Assembly: GCA_019057815.1 (NCBI GenBank)
Contig: JAHLWR010000006.1
Location: 125,298 to 189,297 of the forward strand
Direction: 5' to 3'
DNA: 64,000 nucleotides
From: Candidatus Heimdallarchaeota archaeon
GTDB taxonomy: Archaea; Asgardarchaeota; Heimdallarchaeia; Heimdallarchaeales; Heimdallarchaeaceae
In this document: one piece after another, positions 51,432-61,554 of the stretch
How positions within the stretch are numbered: position 1 is the first letter of the stretch
Layout: the number at the start of each line of letters is the position of its first letter
The notes under the pieces: model-generated
What the model was told of the DNA's origin: nothing
The model's input: only the letters and a program-made list of their open reading frames with translations
Database searches by the model: none
Made by a program: the position numbers and the translations under genes

Positions 51432-52822
51432 TATTTTTGTTTTTCTAATAATATTTGCGTTAATTTTCCAATATAGTCAGATAGTTGATTTTCAAAAAGT
51501 CTAGTACAATCACTAGCTAAACTTTCTGCATGTGATAGTTCATGAAAGTAGGTTTTTGAAAATCTGTAAATGCTCTCTAAAGTTTTCCTTAAAATGATTA
51601 TTCGTCCCGTTTTAGGTTCCCAGACACCTTCTGTATCTTCTGTAATACGTATTCTTTCAGAAATTAGTATATCTTTTACTGTTTTAGGTGGTGGAATAAT
51701 TTCCTTCATTAATTCAAGATATAAAAATACCTTTTTTTCCTCAGCAGTTAACTGATCTATATCAACAAAAAGATATTCAAAGGATTCATCATATTCTTTT
51801 CCTACTTGAATGAGATCTCTAATAGGATTTCCTGATAAATCTGAAATATTAGTGATCTTGTGCCTTATATTCTGAGGTATGTAAATTGGATTATAACCAC
51901 TTTCAATTGCAATATTCCTTAAATCCGTTTGTGTATCTGTTTCACTAGCTGATAAAAAGAAGTATTTACCACTAGTATTTAGAATTTGGACAGCTTTGAT
52001 TGATACTTCAGTCCATAGAACTTCATCACAATTTGTCCCTCTTTCTATATTTTCTAAATCATTTGCTAGTTTATCCATAATATGATGTGTTTTACATTCA
52101 AGAAGTATGTCTTTCACTCTCTGTGAATAAGCTGATCTTCCAACATTTGTTCTTTCCCGATTAAGTGCTCTTCTCATTGTAGCTGTCATTTTTTGTATAT
52201 TATATGAGAACATAAAATTCTCTTCTTCAGCAACTTTTAGTCCATGTACGTAGATTTTAGCTTTTTCATTTTGTTCCTTCTGGTAAACTGTACCAAATTT
52301 AGTTTCTTCTAATTTTTTTGCTCTAGAAAACTGTACGAAAAATTGTTTAGCTTGTTCAATCTCTTTTTCTGTAATTCCTTTTATTATAACTTCTGTCCCT
52401 ACTTCTGTCATTAATTGATTATTATCATCTATTTCTACATGTAATGTAATTATGTCATCGAAATCACTTTTTGAAGTTTTAATTAATTTGAACACACCAT
52501 TTGGAGAACATATTGTTACATTTACTTTTCTTCTGTCAAAAGTTGCTAAAGCGTCTTTTAATCCTACACCAAATTTTCCAATTACAACATCTTTTCTTCT
52601 AAGCTTCTCTTCATCTTCATTCTGGGTAAGATGTTTATGATGTAATCCTCTACCGTAATCCTTTATGTGCCAGCCATCCTCATCTTCGAAAATTTCTATT
52701 TGAGCTGTGTTGCTTAGTTTCTGTTCATCCAAAGCATTTGCTATAATCTCTCTTACTGAGTCTGCTTTATCCCAATGTTCCAAAACAGTCTCCACATTTA
52801 AATCAAATCTTTTTATTGCCAA
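51431..52822 (-). CDS. GHKL (HATPase_c) ATPase with a C-terminal HEXXH zincin-like domain (MPN635-like)
   Basis: REIIANALDE, IKDYGRG, IGKFGVGLK, GTEV; C-terminal GVW...FHELSHAES. Confidence 0.8.
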   Translation of the reverse strand: MAIKRFDLNVETVLEHWDKADSVREIIANALDEQKLSNTAQIEIFEDEDGWHIKDYGRGLHHKHLTQNEDEEKLRRKDVVIGKFGVGLKDALATFDRRKVNVTICSPNGVFKLIKTSKSDFDDIITLHVEIDDNNQLMTEVGTEVIIKGITEKEIEQAKQFFVQFSRAKKLEETKFGTVYQKEQNEKAKIYVHGLKVAEEENFMFSYNIQKMTATMRRALNRERTNVGRSAYSQRVKDILLECKTHHIMDKLANDLENIERGTNCDEVLWTEVSIKAVQILNTSGKYFFLSASETDTQTDLRNIAIESGYNPIYIPQNIRHKITNISDLSGNPIRDLIQVGKEYDESFEYLFVDIDQLTAEEKKVFLYLELMKEIIPPPKTVKDILISERIRITEDTEGVWEPKTGRIIILRKTLESIYRFSKTYFHELSHAESLASDCTRLFENQLSDYIGKLTQILLEKQK

Positions 52823-53104
52823 TCCTATCCCTAACTATAACTCTATCAGGAACACTATGTGCATCTGCTTAATAAAAATTACACTAATCTCAACTGATTT
52901 TCTTGTAGTTTAAATAGTCAAAAATCCTTTTCTCATGTAGAAACAGGTACTAGCTTTGTGTGACAATCATAGGTTTTCTACTAGTACGATTGTTCCTAGT
53001 TCCTATGTATCTCCTTACTTAGATTATGAAAATTTGTTTTTTCTTGATTAAAAAAGATAATTTCATTAAGAAACTTTAAGTTTAGTACTATGTACACAAA
53101 ATAG

Positions 53105-53638
53105 ATGACATTAAGAAGGGATATCAGTAAAGAAGTTAGATCCTTAATTTTCAGCAGAGATAATAATAAATGCCGTTTTTGTGGTCGTAGCAGTGAGGAT
53201 AACATAAAATTGACTGTTGACCATTTCATTCCAATTTCTAAGGGAGGTAAAGATGATTTAGACAATCTTTGGACTTTGTGTCAAGAATGTAATCAAGGAA
53301 AAAGAGATATGATTTTGAAAAAACCAACTAAAGAAATATCATCTGTTGGGATTCCTGTTCCTAAGGAATATTCAATCGAGCAAGTCACTCAAGCTCTACA
53401 GTATTATAAGAAAAGTACTAATCAAGAGCAATTAACTATTTACCAAGCAATTATTGTTGTTCAAACTCCTGGGTTAACTGATAGGATTAATCCTTTGTTC
53501 TATCCTTTACCAGCTCAAGCAATTGCGAATGCTATTCATTCTTTAGAGAAACAAGGAAAACTAAAAATAGAAAAAGCAATGTTAGATGTTTCCAATCTAT
53601 GCTCGAGAGAATCTACATTTTTACAGAAATCTGAGTAA
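53105..53638 (+). CDS. HNH endonuclease (McrA-like) with an extra C-terminal domain
   Basis: RDNNKCRFCG...VDHFIPISKGG...NLWTLCQECNQGK. Confidence 0.92.
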   Translation: MTLRRDISKEVRSLIFSRDNNKCRFCGRSSEDNIKLTVDHFIPISKGGKDDLDNLWTLCQECNQGKRDMILKKPTKEISSVGIPVPKEYSIEQVTQALQYYKKSTNQEQLTIYQAIIVVQTPGLTDRINPLFYPLPAQAIANAIHSLEKQGKLKIEKAMLDVSNLCSRESTFLQKSE

Positions 53639-53693
53639 TTTCAAAAAATTGAAATACTCCTGAAACTAAGTAGTTTTTAAATAAATTTGAGAT

Positions 53694-54719
53694 GTGATTA
53701 TATTAGATATTCAAGTACTATTCAATTTTGAACACTTTTTAATCCAAAATCAATATGCAAACAACACTCATGGATTCATTTCAAGTTTTTTATCAAATTG
53801 TCAATATAACAGTTGTTATAACAAAATAATGGAATTTGATAATAATTTAAATTCATGGATAAATAACAGGAAACAGATAGAACCACCAATAGGTTTGTTT
53901 CTTGAGTTAAGGTTGTTTAACTATTTACATAATCTGAATGTATCTTTTATTAATTCAAGTTCAAATGAAATTGCGGATATTGAAGTAAGAACTGATGAAA
54001 TAGTCTTCCAGATTGAATGCACTCATTCTTTAAGAAAAAATATGAGAGACTTTGATAATAAAACTACCTTAAGAATCACTAATCCTCTCAACGAAAAAGA
54101 AGGAATGCAAAAAATTAATGAAACTATTGGTGCTGTAGATCCTTTCTATACTGATTGGCCAATTAGAAAAAGACTAGCTGAAAAAGCATACAAACATATT
54201 CAACAACCTTTTATCATCTATTTTTGGTATCCTTCTAATGGATTTAGTCTTGATTCTACGGATTTCAAAGACATACTGAATATTGACTTCCATAGGATAA
54301 TTACTTCTGAGCGTAGTCAATGGGGTAAGATTGATGAACTATTGGATAAATTAGAAAAAAATATGAATTTGATGGATTATAAAGAAGCAAGTGAAGATTT
54401 AGATGAGAGTACAAGAAAGCAATTCTACGACCTTATTACTCAAGAGAGAGTAAAACACGAACATGATCATCTTGCAAATCTTTGGCAAACAGGGGGGAAT
54501 GTCGAACTTTATCGAAAACATAAACCTACTGATGAACAAATTAAGGAATATATAATCAATTCATTGATATTCACATACATGATTCAAACATCTGAAAATC
54601 TTGCAGGTATTATTATTGATAATTCAAAATTAGATCTATCTCCAAATCTCCAACCAATAGTCAATAATAAGAAAAAAGATATGTTTAGTATAATAATGAA
54701 TGTGATAAAGAATGCATAA
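53694..54719 (+). CDS. Hypothetical protein with a putative PD-(D/E)XK-like nuclease motif
   Basis: FLELRL...IADIEVRTDEIVFQIECT pattern (E..D..ExT). Confidence 0.5.
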   Translation: MIILDIQVLFNFEHFLIQNQYANNTHGFISSFLSNCQYNSCYNKIMEFDNNLNSWINNRKQIEPPIGLFLELRLFNYLHNLNVSFINSSSNEIADIEVRTDEIVFQIECTHSLRKNMRDFDNKTTLRITNPLNEKEGMQKINETIGAVDPFYTDWPIRKRLAEKAYKHIQQPFIIYFWYPSNGFSLDSTDFKDILNIDFHRIITSERSQWGKIDELLDKLEKNMNLMDYKEASEDLDESTRKQFYDLITQERVKHEHDHLANLWQTGGNVELYRKHKPTDEQIKEYIINSLIFTYMIQTSENLAGIIIDNSKLDLSPNLQPIVNNKKKDMFSIIMNVIKNA

Positions 54720-54827
54720 AGGACAAGAAGTGAGAAGAAATAAAAGAGTGATAATATGGCAGAAGAAACGAAGAAACTATGTGAGAGTTATTTTTCGAAA
54801 TCGTCTTCATTCTATTTAATGTGAAAA

Positions 54828-55307
54828 TTACAATTCTTTTTCCATTATACAATCTATTGCCCATTCTCTCTCTATTTTTTCTACAATCTTAAAACCTGAT
54901 TTTTCATAAAATCTTATTACCTTTTGATTATTACTCCAAATTGTTAACAATCGAAGCTTCCTTAGATTAAGTTTTTTTGCTTTTATTTCGAGATATTCCA
55001 TTAGTCTAGTTCCTATTCCTTTATTTTGATATTCAAGAAGAATATACAACTTACATATAACGCCAATATTTTCATTAATCATCAAAGCTGAAATACCAAC
55101 AGTTTCTGATTCTATTTTAAAAAGGTAAAAATCCAATTTATTAAAATCCTCTAAAATCTCTTCAAGAGATACAACTGGGTCTTTGAAGTATTTCAATGAA
55201 ATTATGTTTTTGTAATGATCTCTATTACTTTTGTTAATTACATAAGTAATTCTTTCTGCATCGTTGATAGTAGCTTTTTCAATCATTATTTCTAAAACTA
55301 GTTTCAT
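54828..55307 (-). CDS. GNAT family N-acetyltransferase
   Basis: LYILLEYQNKGIGTRL (motif A) and N.KVIRFYEKSGF (motif B). Confidence 0.92.
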   Translation of the reverse strand: MKLVLEIMIEKATINDAERITYVINKSNRDHYKNIISLKYFKDPVVSLEEILEDFNKLDFYLFKIESETVGISALMINENIGVICKLYILLEYQNKGIGTRLMEYLEIKAKKLNLRKLRLLTIWSNNQKVIRFYEKSGFKIVEKIEREWAIDCIMEKEL

Positions 55308-55526
55308 GTATTTATAAATTAGTTTTTTGAGTTTTTCAAATAAATTAATTTGATGCTTAATATCTATTTTTTTTTTTATAATATGAGATTAGAACTAGTA
55401 TTAGCAAGAAATTCTGTTGGTGAAGAAATATCCTGAAAAAGAAGAATTTTATCTGAAATGTACAACAGAGGAAATAGATTTCTGCAAAGAGAATAAAAAT
55501 AGAGTGTCACATAAAGTAAGGCACAA

Positions 55527-56501
55527 TTAGTCCAATGATTTAACATCTTCAATTTTTTTTGTGGTTTTCATCCTCTGTAATTTTGTCTCAACTAATTTCT
55601 TAAGCTCATTCTTGATTTTTTCAAAATCGACTTCTTCAATTATCTCATCTATAATACCTTCAAGTAGATATTGACTATAAAATTGACCTTCAAGATTATC
55701 CTCTAGCCAATTTATTGCATTCTGTGTCAGTTTTGCTATTCGTGGAAAATTCTTTATAATCTCTGAATCTTCATTTAACTGACTGATATAGAGCATTTCA
55801 TTTGGGTATCTCGTTACAGCTTCATATGGTGCTGTAAGGATTGTTAGAAGGATAACAGGCACAAATCGTTCAGACATATCCAAGCTATATTCTTCTATAA
55901 AAGATATGATATAATCTCCTATTTTTTTGTATTTGTCTGGTAATCTGATTGAAAAAGAAGAGATAACCATTTCAAGAAAAGAAATCATTAGTAAGCTGTA
56001 TTCTCTTGAATTTTCAGCATAATCAACTAATTGCTGAACAATTCCATCTTGTTGACTTGATTCTAAGATATCTTTTGACATCTGTTTGTATATTGATTTC
56101 AGCTTATCTGGCTTCTTCTCAATTATGTGTTTGAAATATTTGCCTTCTATGTTTTTTGTTGATGTCATCTGATTCAATAGTTGATTATATGAATCTTCTA
56201 GGTCTTCGTTACCAATCAGTTTGAATAATCTTGTGAAGATATCTGTTAACCTAGGTAATCCTTCTTCAATCATCAATAAGATAACCCTATGTGAATCATG
56301 CCCTATTCTATGCATCAATTTCTCATGTTCCAGTCTAGTATAAGTTGTTAAAGCCAAAGCCTTCATAATTTTTTCAACGGCTTGCTGCACATGATATAGA
56401 GCATTTCCATAGGATTGTGTGTTGTAGAGAGTGTTAGCGTCCGCTATGTCTTGTTTTGCAATTGTAATTAATTCAGTGATGGTATCTTGTCTATTCTTCA
56501 T
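55527..56501 (-). CDS. HEPN-domain protein with a large helical insertion
   Basis: AKQDIADA...ALYHVQQAVEKIMKAL...IGHD...YEAVTRYP. Confidence 0.8.
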   Translation of the reverse strand: MKNRQDTITELITIAKQDIADANTLYNTQSYGNALYHVQQAVEKIMKALALTTYTRLEHEKLMHRIGHDSHRVILLMIEEGLPRLTDIFTRLFKLIGNEDLEDSYNQLLNQMTSTKNIEGKYFKHIIEKKPDKLKSIYKQMSKDILESSQQDGIVQQLVDYAENSREYSLLMISFLEMVISSFSIRLPDKYKKIGDYIISFIEEYSLDMSERFVPVILLTILTAPYEAVTRYPNEMLYISQLNEDSEIIKNFPRIAKLTQNAINWLEDNLEGQFYSQYLLEGIIDEIIEEVDFEKIKNELKKLVETKLQRMKTTKKIEDVKSLD

Positions 56502-57478
56502 TTATATGGTTGTAAGAAGAGTGGCGTGTTTTTAAGATATTGATTGTTGATAGGATACAAGAAAGAATCCTTTTTTGTCTTAATTAAGTTAAACGAGTTT
56601 GAAAGATAATAGAACTTTTTTGTCAATGAAATTGATGAAATACTTGAGTTCTGAAAAACAAAAATACCAAAAAGAGTAAAGAAGATTAAAATTACTCTTT
56701 TTCATTTTTCTTTTGTGTTAGTTTTTCAAGTCTTTCTTGATGCTTTTTTGTCGTTCCTAGCTCGTCCTTTGTATATTTCTAGATAATTGTAGTACTGTAA
56801 TTTTTGATTTATACCAAAGTAAAACATCTAAATTCAAAATAATCCTTATCTAAAATCTTTTTTGAAGAACAATCCATATGTTCAACAACTTTTACTGGTT
56901 TATTCTTTATTCACCATTCTACTCGAATAAACTGTGATACTTATTTGAATTAACATTTGAAAAATTCGTAAATATCAAAAAAGTCAGATAGATACCTCTG
57001 GATCAAATGTTTATTATGCTTGAAGTTCAAATAGCTAGTGAAATTGAATTTGTTATTCTTTCAAAGAAAGAGATGGAAAGTCTTCTTGAATATTAGGAGT
57101 AATTAACCAATTTTAAGTTATAACTATCCAAAATATGAATCTAATCTGGATTGTCCTTCATGTTCTTCTTTACAGTTAGAAAATATTTCAGTCGTCAAAT
57201 CACAAAAATAGCTATTCAAGCAAAACGCCTTTGCTTTCGGAAAATTTATTTCATCAGGAAGAAATGGATTAGATTGTATGAAATCTTCTACGCTCAAAAT
57301 ATCTTCACTGTGATTACTAGTCATAAAATCACTAAGAAATTTATGTGTGAAATTAAATTACTAAGATATTAAAACATTGTGTGAGATAAATAAATATAAA
57401 CTAAATAATTGTAAGAAAATTTAAAAAAATACGGTTAATTTAAATACTTAAATCCGATTATTTTAATAATTCATTTGT

Positions 57479-60295
57479 GTGAATTATATGTCAAGACTAC
57501 TTATACTGGGAAGTGGTGAATCACCACAACAGAAAAATAATGCTAAAGGAAAACTGTTTGAGAAATTGATGTCAGAAGTCATAAAAAAACTTGGATATAG
57601 TATTGATAAATTGCCTAATATCAATTATGCAGGAATGGAAATCGACATTGAAGGAAAGGGTATTCTTAATAACATACCTTTTTATGCTGAATGTAAATAT
57701 CATGATACACTAATTGCAACCCCGAAATTACAAGCATTTCTTGGAAAATATATGGTAAAATGGATGCAAGACAATAGGAGTCAAGCAGTGTTCATCGCAA
57801 TCCCTGATGTAAATAGTAGTGCAAAAGGATATTATAAAGAATATATCGAATCAAATGAAAAAATAGCTTTTAATTTAATAAATGAAGACGAAATAATACA
57901 ACTTTTATTTTCTTCAGAAGTTATAGTTAATCCAATTATTTTCACATCTTCTGTATCTGAGAGTTTAGGAAGTACTGGTGATAATATATTGATGTATACA
58001 GAAAAAGGATTTTTTTGGATACAATTTATAATCCCAAAAGGCGGAAGCATTGCTAGTAGTATTATTATTTATGACAGAAAGGGGTATGAAGTCACAGATA
58101 AAGGTTCACACGAATATTTAGCTGATTTGTGGACTGAGCTGTCCAACTATGATATAGTATCATCCAAGGATAGTGAATTTGTTCATGAAACAATGTTACC
58201 AAAAAAAGTTGAAGAAGAAATTGTTGAAGTTCAAGGGAGCTCCTCCTGTTTTGAATATCAATTCCCCGCATCACCAGAATTTTTCATAGGTCGATCGCAG
58301 ATTCTGTCTGAAGTGGAGGATTTCTTTGAATCAGTAATAAACAAGAAAACGACCTCTAGATCAATTTTATATATTGCAAATTCTGGTTGGGGAAAAAGCT
58401 CGTTGACTTTATCAACAATTGCAAAACTACAAGAAAAAGGTCATTTTGCTATTGCAATCGATTCAAGATCAGCAAGCTCTACTCAATTCGTTCTTAAAAC
58501 AGTTGAATATACTTTAAACAAATTTAACAACTTTGATGGACTAATGGATGAAAATATAGATGTTCAGTTAGTAAGTGGTTTCGAAAGTGCAGCGTCTGCT
58601 TTGACAGAAATAGGGAAAATACTTGAAAAAAAAGGAAAACTTCTTTGTATTTTCTTTGATCAATTTGAGAATATATTCTTTCAAAAAGATATATTAAATC
58701 GTGTTAAAAATCTTTTTCTTAAATTACAAGATTCACAAACAAATCTTATTTTAGGCTTTTCATGGAAAACTGATTTAGTAGGTTTTACTGATGAATTTCC
58801 CTATAAAATTAGAGATTTAATATTTGATTCCTCAAATGTGATTTCAGTTCATGTATTCTCAAATTTAGAAATTAATGAACTTGTGGATCGACTAAGTAAA
58901 GAAATAAGAAAAAAACTGAGAGAAGACCTTAGGTTCTTTCTATCAGAATTTTCGCAAGGATATCCATGGTTATTAAAAAAATTGTGTTTTCATGTCAAAA
59001 ACCAAATAGAACAAGGCGCTTCTCAAGTAGATATAGCTAATAGTTTGCTTAATATCAAAGAGCTTTTTCAAGAAGATCTTGATGGTCTTTCAGCTGATCA
59101 AGAAGATGCTCTAAGAAAAATCTCATTTGAAGCTCCCATTAGTGTGCGATCAATTGATGAAGAATTTTCACCTGAAATAATACAAAGCTTAGTGCATAGG
59201 CGTATACTTGTTCGAATTGGAAGCAAATATGATATTTATTGGGATGTATTCAAAGATTTCCTGAACTCAGGAAAAGTTCCAGTTCAAGTGAATTATATCC
59301 CTCGTATTGGTATAAGAAGAATATTTCAGAGTACTAAATTATTACTTGAAAATAAAGGTTCTATGGAAATTTCAAAATATCAGGAAACACATGGAATTAC
59401 AACTAAATCCATGTATAATATCCTTCGAGATCTTAAAATAACTGGAATAGCCACTGTTGAGGATGGAAGAGTAAAAATTAACAGTAACCTAATTGTCAAA
59501 TCAAACAAAATCGAAGAACAGTTGAGATTATATTTGAAAGAAAAACTTCCTCAGAACAGGCTTGTTTGGAGTTTATTAAAGGTCCTTGATGAAAAAGATG
59601 AAATCTCAGTAAATGAAGCAGCTTCTTATCTTGAACAATCGTGCCCTTTTATCTCAGCTTTGAATAAAACTTGGTTGTATTATGCTAAATTAGTAGCAGA
59701 ATGGATGGATTTCTCAGATTTAGCAATCTATGAAACAAAAGAAGAACTAATATCTAAATATACATTAGAGGAAGGAGAAAAAAGGAGAAGAGATCCAATT
59801 TTAAGCAAAAGATTTCGTTCTGAGTTAACATTACCTCCTATTCAATATGGTGCTATCAAAGAGGTTGCAACAAGAATTGTAACAGCCTATTTAGAGAGAG
59901 AAGAAGTCAACTGGAAGCATTTAAGTAGAACTACAATAGGAAGAGCACTCTCTACACTTGAAAAGTTTGATTTTATTAAAAGAGGAGGTGGTTCTATTGT
60001 TCTTAAAGATGGTATTCTTAAATTTATATTATCTCCAGAAGGAAAGAAATTATTTGCAGATGAGGCGCTAAAAATAAAATCTTTTAATACATTTATTAAT
60101 CTACTTTATCAAACAAAAGATAATCCCCTAAATATGACTGAACTTGCAAAAAGAACTAGAGAAATCCTAAATGCAAGTTGGAAAATTAGCACCTCTATAT
60201 ATTATACTAAAGTTCTTTTAAACTGGGTTAGAAAAACAAATCTTGCACCTGATGAATACTTAATAACTAGAAGAAATAAGAAGTTTCCATCTTGA
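57479..60295 (+). CDS. Mrr-like restriction endonuclease fused to a STAND-type NTPase and C-terminal wHTH domains
   Basis: KGKLFE...EIDIEG...YAECK; FIGR, Walker A ANSGWGKS, Walker B FFDQFE, GYPWLL (GxP). Confidence 0.85.
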   Translation: MNYMSRLLILGSGESPQQKNNAKGKLFEKLMSEVIKKLGYSIDKLPNINYAGMEIDIEGKGILNNIPFYAECKYHDTLIATPKLQAFLGKYMVKWMQDNRSQAVFIAIPDVNSSAKGYYKEYIESNEKIAFNLINEDEIIQLLFSSEVIVNPIIFTSSVSESLGSTGDNILMYTEKGFFWIQFIIPKGGSIASSIIIYDRKGYEVTDKGSHEYLADLWTELSNYDIVSSKDSEFVHETMLPKKVEEEIVEVQGSSSCFEYQFPASPEFFIGRSQILSEVEDFFESVINKKTTSRSILYIANSGWGKSSLTLSTIAKLQEKGHFAIAIDSRSASSTQFVLKTVEYTLNKFNNFDGLMDENIDVQLVSGFESAASALTEIGKILEKKGKLLCIFFDQFENIFFQKDILNRVKNLFLKLQDSQTNLILGFSWKTDLVGFTDEFPYKIRDLIFDSSNVISVHVFSNLEINELVDRLSKEIRKKLREDLRFFLSEFSQGYPWLLKKLCFHVKNQIEQGASQVDIANSLLNIKELFQEDLDGLSADQEDALRKISFEAPISVRSIDEEFSPEIIQSLVHRRILVRIGSKYDIYWDVFKDFLNSGKVPVQVNYIPRIGIRRIFQSTKLLLENKGSMEISKYQETHGITTKSMYNILRDLKITGIATVEDGRVKINSNLIVKSNKIEEQLRLYLKEKLPQNRLVWSLLKVLDEKDEISVNEAASYLEQSCPFISALNKTWLYYAKLVAEWMDFSDLAIYETKEELISKYTLEEGEKRRRDPILSKRFRSELTLPPIQYGAIKEVATRIVTAYLEREEVNWKHLSRTTIGRALSTLEKFDFIKRGGGSIVLKDGILKFILSPEGKKLFADEALKIKSFNTFINLLYQTKDNPLNMTELAKRTREILNASWKISTSIYYTKVLLNWVRKTNLAPDEYLITRRNKKFPS

Positions 60296-60351
60296 AAAAT
60301 CTCTGACTTGCTATAGAAGAGTTCATACACAAAAGTATTACAACTGAATAA

Positions 60352-60975
60352 TCAGACATATATTCTTGATTTCCACGTAAAAGCATCTTTCTTAGCAGTT
60401 GCACCACAGAGATATGTGGTGTGGATTGAAATTACTCCAACTCCAAATTCTTCTTTTATATCTTTGGCAAGAGGAATAAAGTCTTCTATTCTGTTTGGAT
60501 TCACATGATAACTAATAAACCTTGCATGAACAATATTAGTAATGTTAGAACTTGGCTTCTTTTTAGGAATAGATGTTTGGATACCAATGGATGAACAAAT
60601 ACCTTCTTCTTTCAATTTATCTCGATATTCACCTAGAACGGTTTTTACATCTTCCTTCCCTATTAATCCATCTGCTGAACATTCGTAGTTAAATTCAATT
60701 AAAAATACATATCCTCCTAACCACACAAGTTCCGCAGGATATGGTTCTTGATTGTCTAGTGGTAAAAGATCTTTTTCATATCTGTTTTCTATTTCATCAA
60801 CTTGAACGCCATAAAATAATAGATTTTTCTCAATTGATTCTATAATGAAATCTTTTTTAGAGCCTCCAAATCTGTAAGAACGATTTCTTAAAAGAATTTC
60901 TAGATTGTCACATAAATTTTTAGGAAGAATATTTCTCAAAACTTCGTTAAATTTTCTATTTTTTTCCAGCTTCAT
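60352..60975 (-). CDS. Hypothetical protein
   Basis: 207-aa ORF with SD-like GAGGTG upstream; no motif recognised. Confidence 0.6.
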   Translation of the reverse strand: MKLEKNRKFNEVLRNILPKNLCDNLEILLRNRSYRFGGSKKDFIIESIEKNLLFYGVQVDEIENRYEKDLLPLDNQEPYPAELVWLGGYVFLIEFNYECSADGLIGKEDVKTVLGEYRDKLKEEGICSSIGIQTSIPKKKPSSNITNIVHARFISYHVNPNRIEDFIPLAKDIKEEFGVGVISIHTTYLCGATAKKDAFTWKSRIYV

Positions 60976-61161
60976 TCTTACACCTCATACATAATACTTA
61001 TTTCAAACATGTATTTAAATTTGTAATTTCTTACTATTATTTAAAAACAGTAACTGGTATTTATAGCAGAATAACAGCAAATAATTAGCAAGGCTAGAAT
61101 AACTTAATAGAAATAATTATGTATGTTTAGATATACAAGAAGACTATTTTGTATCTAGAAA

Positions 61162-61377
61162 TCATAAGCGAATCTCATTTCCAGTTGAATACGAACAATG
61201 GACAAAAGAAGACTTTGTATATTCGAAATCTAAGTTAGGTATTTCTTCAAATTGAAGCACTGAAGATTGCATATTATGTCCTTTAATAATTTGATTAACT
61301 TGTTCTTTTGATATTTTTTCAAGAGTGGTGAAAACAGGAATATTTTCTGTTTCAAAATTCATATCTCTAACATTCAT
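61162..61377 (-). CDS. Short hypothetical protein, possibly truncated
   Basis: 71-aa ATG-started ORF in the island; no motif. Confidence 0.3.
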   Translation of the reverse strand: MNVRDMNFETENIPVFTTLEKISKEQVNQIIKGHNMQSSVLQFEEIPNLDFEYTKSSFVHCSYSTGNEIRL

Positions 61378-61554
61378 AATATTAATCTATGAACTGAAAT
61401 TAATATAAATTTTATAATTAAAATAAAAGAGCTAGTAGCTCAACATTGACAAGGTGAGCTATTGTAAATAGAAACATCTGGATATTTATACTAAATGGAT
61501 ATCCATATTCTCTACCAACTTATTATTTAAATTAGGTGAATTATCCGTTTTAAT

